Shown here: one piece after another, positions 57,461-59,744 of the stretch
Numbering within the stretch: the stretch's first letter is position 1
How the letters are laid out: each line of letters starts with the position of its first letter
NCBI GenBank assembly: GCA_945957225.1
Contig: CAMFKK010000001.1
Coordinates: forward strand, 1 to 59,744
DNA: 59,744 nucleotides
Direction of reading: 5' to 3'
Source: an uncultured Sphingobacteriia bacterium
GTDB taxonomy: Bacteria; Bacteroidota; Bacteroidia; Chitinophagales; Chitinophagaceae
Translations under genes and position numbers: made by a program
Notes under the pieces: generated by a model
Told to the model about the DNA's origin: nothing
The model's input: the letters and a program-made list of their open reading frames with translations, nothing else
Databases searched by the model: none

Positions 57461-59283
57461 TTACCTTGGTGATTGATTGAAATTGAAAATAACTGACAAT
57501 ACTTGTCTAACCAACTGGCTACTGCTTTTCTATTCATGGGTTCATGTGCAGCCATAGTTGTTGGAGCACTAGGAATATTTTTTAATTGCTTAGCCAGCTC
57601 AAGATGAATGGCCACTAACAAATTTTCATCTACATATTTCTGATGGCTAATGGGCAGTTGAATGCCAGGCAAGAATGCAGCAAGGTCTTCTAACAAATTC
57701 TTTGCTACACAAAGACTATCGGGTTGAAAATAGGTTTTATTGGCCCAACCTACGTTTTTACCCAATCCTTTTAAAACTCCGGTTGCCCCCATTCTTTGAA
57801 CAGCCCCAAATGCAGGGTCCGCAACGGCAACATCCATATAGGGCATCAAGAATGTCTTGCTGTCTAGTAGTGCTTTTTGCACAGTTCTCACTGGCACTTG
57901 TCTTGGCTCCAGATTAGATTGAATAGCAAGAGCGGCCAATACACCAGCTGATTGACCCGTGAGTAAGACACAGGGTTGTAGTCTGGTACTTCCATTGGCA
58001 AGGTTAGAAACAGAAATCCCTTTTTCACAAACTACCATACCATTGAGTTGTTCAGGAATCAGGGCCCCTAGGGGGATATTAAACGAGTAGATTCCTGGAA
58101 AATAAATTTTTGGCGCAGCTGGATTTTTACCGTGGTGATGATCCACAGGATAATCGCCCACGGCAATTCCTGTTCTGTACAATGCTTGATCCTGCTCAAA
58201 TGGATGGTGCATGTGTGGAAGACTTAATCTGACAACTCCCTTTAGTCTTCTACCTTCTCTATGATAAGGCATCAGCGCCAAATGGTCCTTGCTAGGAAAT
58301 TGCGTGGTATCTAGTCCAATATGTTTAAAGCCTAGTGTGTTTTGTAAATAATATACAAATGCAAGGGTATGTTTTTTGGCTGGCAGATAAAAGGCTTCGC
58401 GATTAATTGGTTTGATATTCACCCCATCTATAAAATAATCATTGCCATGCGCCGGCCAGTTAAGCATATATTTTCCTTTGGGTAATTTGCCATAGTCCAA
58501 TACTTTTTGGGTATTGGCTTCATAGGGTTTACCAAATGGACAAGGCGCTTCACTAGTACTACAGTCAAATTCTTTTAAACTATTCCAATCAAAACTTTCT
58601 TTTTTGATGAGGATTTTATCTGATGCTTTTGTGCCATAATCTTGAAGGGTGGCGGCCCAAGTAAGGTCTTGAATAATATTGTTGGTGCCAGGCGCTTCTT
58701 TTTCACCACTATATGCGGCTGATTCCATACCTAGGTCAAAACCCGCACCAGCATTGGCATAGACATCGCCTAAATCAGTTCCATCTACTACTAACTTGGC
58801 TTGAATGGTCCAATATTTTTTTTGCGCATTGATAAATCTAACAGCTTTCACTTTTCCTTTTTGCACAATGGCCGAATCAAAATACCAACCATAAACAACG
58901 GTTAGATTTTTTTCTTTTGCAGCCCATGCTTTGAAAATACTATCTGCCACATAGGGTTCAAACAAAGTATTGCTCACCCATCCAGTATTCAATTGTTTGC
59001 GGCCATAGTGTTGGTATAGAGCTTGTCTAAATTCTTCCCAAATGCCACTTGGCAATAAGTGATTGCCATCTGTAGCAGTTACACCTGCTGCAGAGAGCAT
59101 GCCTCCCAACCAAGCAGTTGATTCCACTAAAATAGTAGGAACACCCATTCTAGCTGATTGAATAGCAGCTGCAGTTCCTCCGGTGCTTCCGCCTACTACC
59201 AAAATACTTGTGGTACTAGGTTGGGCAATAGATTTTGTTATACATCCAATGACCAATAGGATTGGCAGAAAAAAATGTTTCAT
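57436..59283 (-). CDS. FAD-dependent oxidoreductase, secreted
   Basis: Signal peptide; VVGGSTGG.AAAIQSAR.G, WLGGML, DGTDLGD, PYHREGRR, GDYPVDHH, RLQP. Confidence 0.88.
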   Translation of the reverse strand: MKHFFLPILLVIGCITKSIAQPSTTSILVVGGSTGGTAAAIQSARMGVPTILVESTAWLGGMLSAAGVTATDGNHLLPSGIWEEFRQALYQHYGRKQLNTGWVSNTLFEPYVADSIFKAWAAKEKNLTVVYGWYFDSAIVQKGKVKAVRFINAQKKYWTIQAKLVVDGTDLGDVYANAGAGFDLGMESAAYSGEKEAPGTNNIIQDLTWAATLQDYGTKASDKILIKKESFDWNSLKEFDCSTSEAPCPFGKPYEANTQKVLDYGKLPKGKYMLNWPAHGNDYFIDGVNIKPINREAFYLPAKKHTLAFVYYLQNTLGFKHIGLDTTQFPSKDHLALMPYHREGRRLKGVVRLSLPHMHHPFEQDQALYRTGIAVGDYPVDHHHGKNPAAPKIYFPGIYSFNIPLGALIPEQLNGMVVCEKGISVSNLANGSTRLQPCVLLTGQSAGVLAALAIQSNLEPRQVPVRTVQKALLDSKTFLMPYMDVAVADPAFGAVQRMGATGVLKGLGKNVGWANKTYFQPDSLCVAKNLLEDLAAFLPGIQLPISHQKYVDENLLVAIHLELAKQLKNIPSAPTTMAAHEPMNRKAVASWLDKYCQLFSISINHQGKWIAGIKP

Positions 59284-59294
59284 GCAAAATTGCT

Positions 59295-59744
59295 TTATTG
59301 GAGAATGCTATTTCTAACCAAGAGACAGGCACCCATGATCCCGGCAGACAATGCCAGTTTTGAAGTTTTTAAAGGAGTATCATTGTTGACCAAACTAGAA
59401 CTGTATTTGTTTAGAGAACTTTTAATGGGTAATCTTAAATAATCATTGGTGGTAGAAAGTAGCCCACCCAAAATTACCAGCTCTGGATTAAAAATATTGA
59501 TCAGTGAAGCCATGGCTTTACCTAATTTTTCTCCAATCACTGCCATACATTCAATGGCCAACATATCGTCTTGGTTACAAGCTTGCACAATGTCTTCTAG
59601 GCTAATCTGTTTTGGATCTTTTTTATTGCTGAGTAAAATACTACCAAATCCTGCAGCTAGTTTTTCTTGTAACAAACTTACTAGGGCTTCGCCCGATGCT
59701 TCCGTTTCTAAACATCCCTTCTTACCACAATGACAAATGATTTC
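59295..59744 (-). CDS. ROK-family regulator/kinase (NagC-like), C-terminal part; truncated by the window edge
   Basis: The frame continues to the window end as EIICHCGKKGCLETEASG (ROK Zn motif); LINIFNPELVILGG. Confidence 0.9.
   Translation of the reverse strand, partial: EIICHCGKKGCLETEASGEALVSLLQEKLAAGFGSILLSNKKDPKQISLEDIVQACNQDDMLAIECMAVIGEKLGKAMASLINIFNPELVILGGLLSTTNDYLRLPIKSSLNKYSSSLVNNDTPLKTSKLALSAGIMGACLLVRNSILQ

Overview
AT-rich chromosomal window of a Bacteroidota bacterium; gene content and TAnnTTTG-type promoters suggest Chitinophagaceae (inference). It begins with an untrimmed Nextera adapter and an IS1182 relic, followed by two tandem secreted paralogs, a GH5/GDPD/outer-membrane cassette, pyrH, TolC, ybdL, a TetR-TolC-MFP-RND efflux operon, serC-DUF1015, an acyl-CoA synthetase and two secreted amidohydrolases. 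A leuA / ilvEDBNC / thrABC amino-acid cluster comes next, then a GH43, an orphan NarL-type regulator divergent from a T9SS cargo gene, a wzm-wzt-GT2-GT2 module and the end of a ROK / FAD-oxidoreductase / DUF5009 locus. The most interesting signals are non-coding or below the ORF-track size cutoff. (1) Two (GAGTGAA)n heptamer arrays (30 and 6 units) each start exactly at a gene's stop codon, keep TGA invariant and are C-free on the sense strand. (2) Unannotated Ile/Val-rich and Thr-rich leader peptides precede ilvE and thrA, the thr leader lacking an intrinsic terminator, and a long hairpin precedes leuA. (3) A duplicated 3'-UTR hairpin cassette shows a compensatory base pair and is complementary to its own gene's translation-initiation region. 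(4) An exact 18-nt motif is shared upstream of serC and thrA. No tRNA, rRNA, CRISPR, prophage or defence system was recognised.
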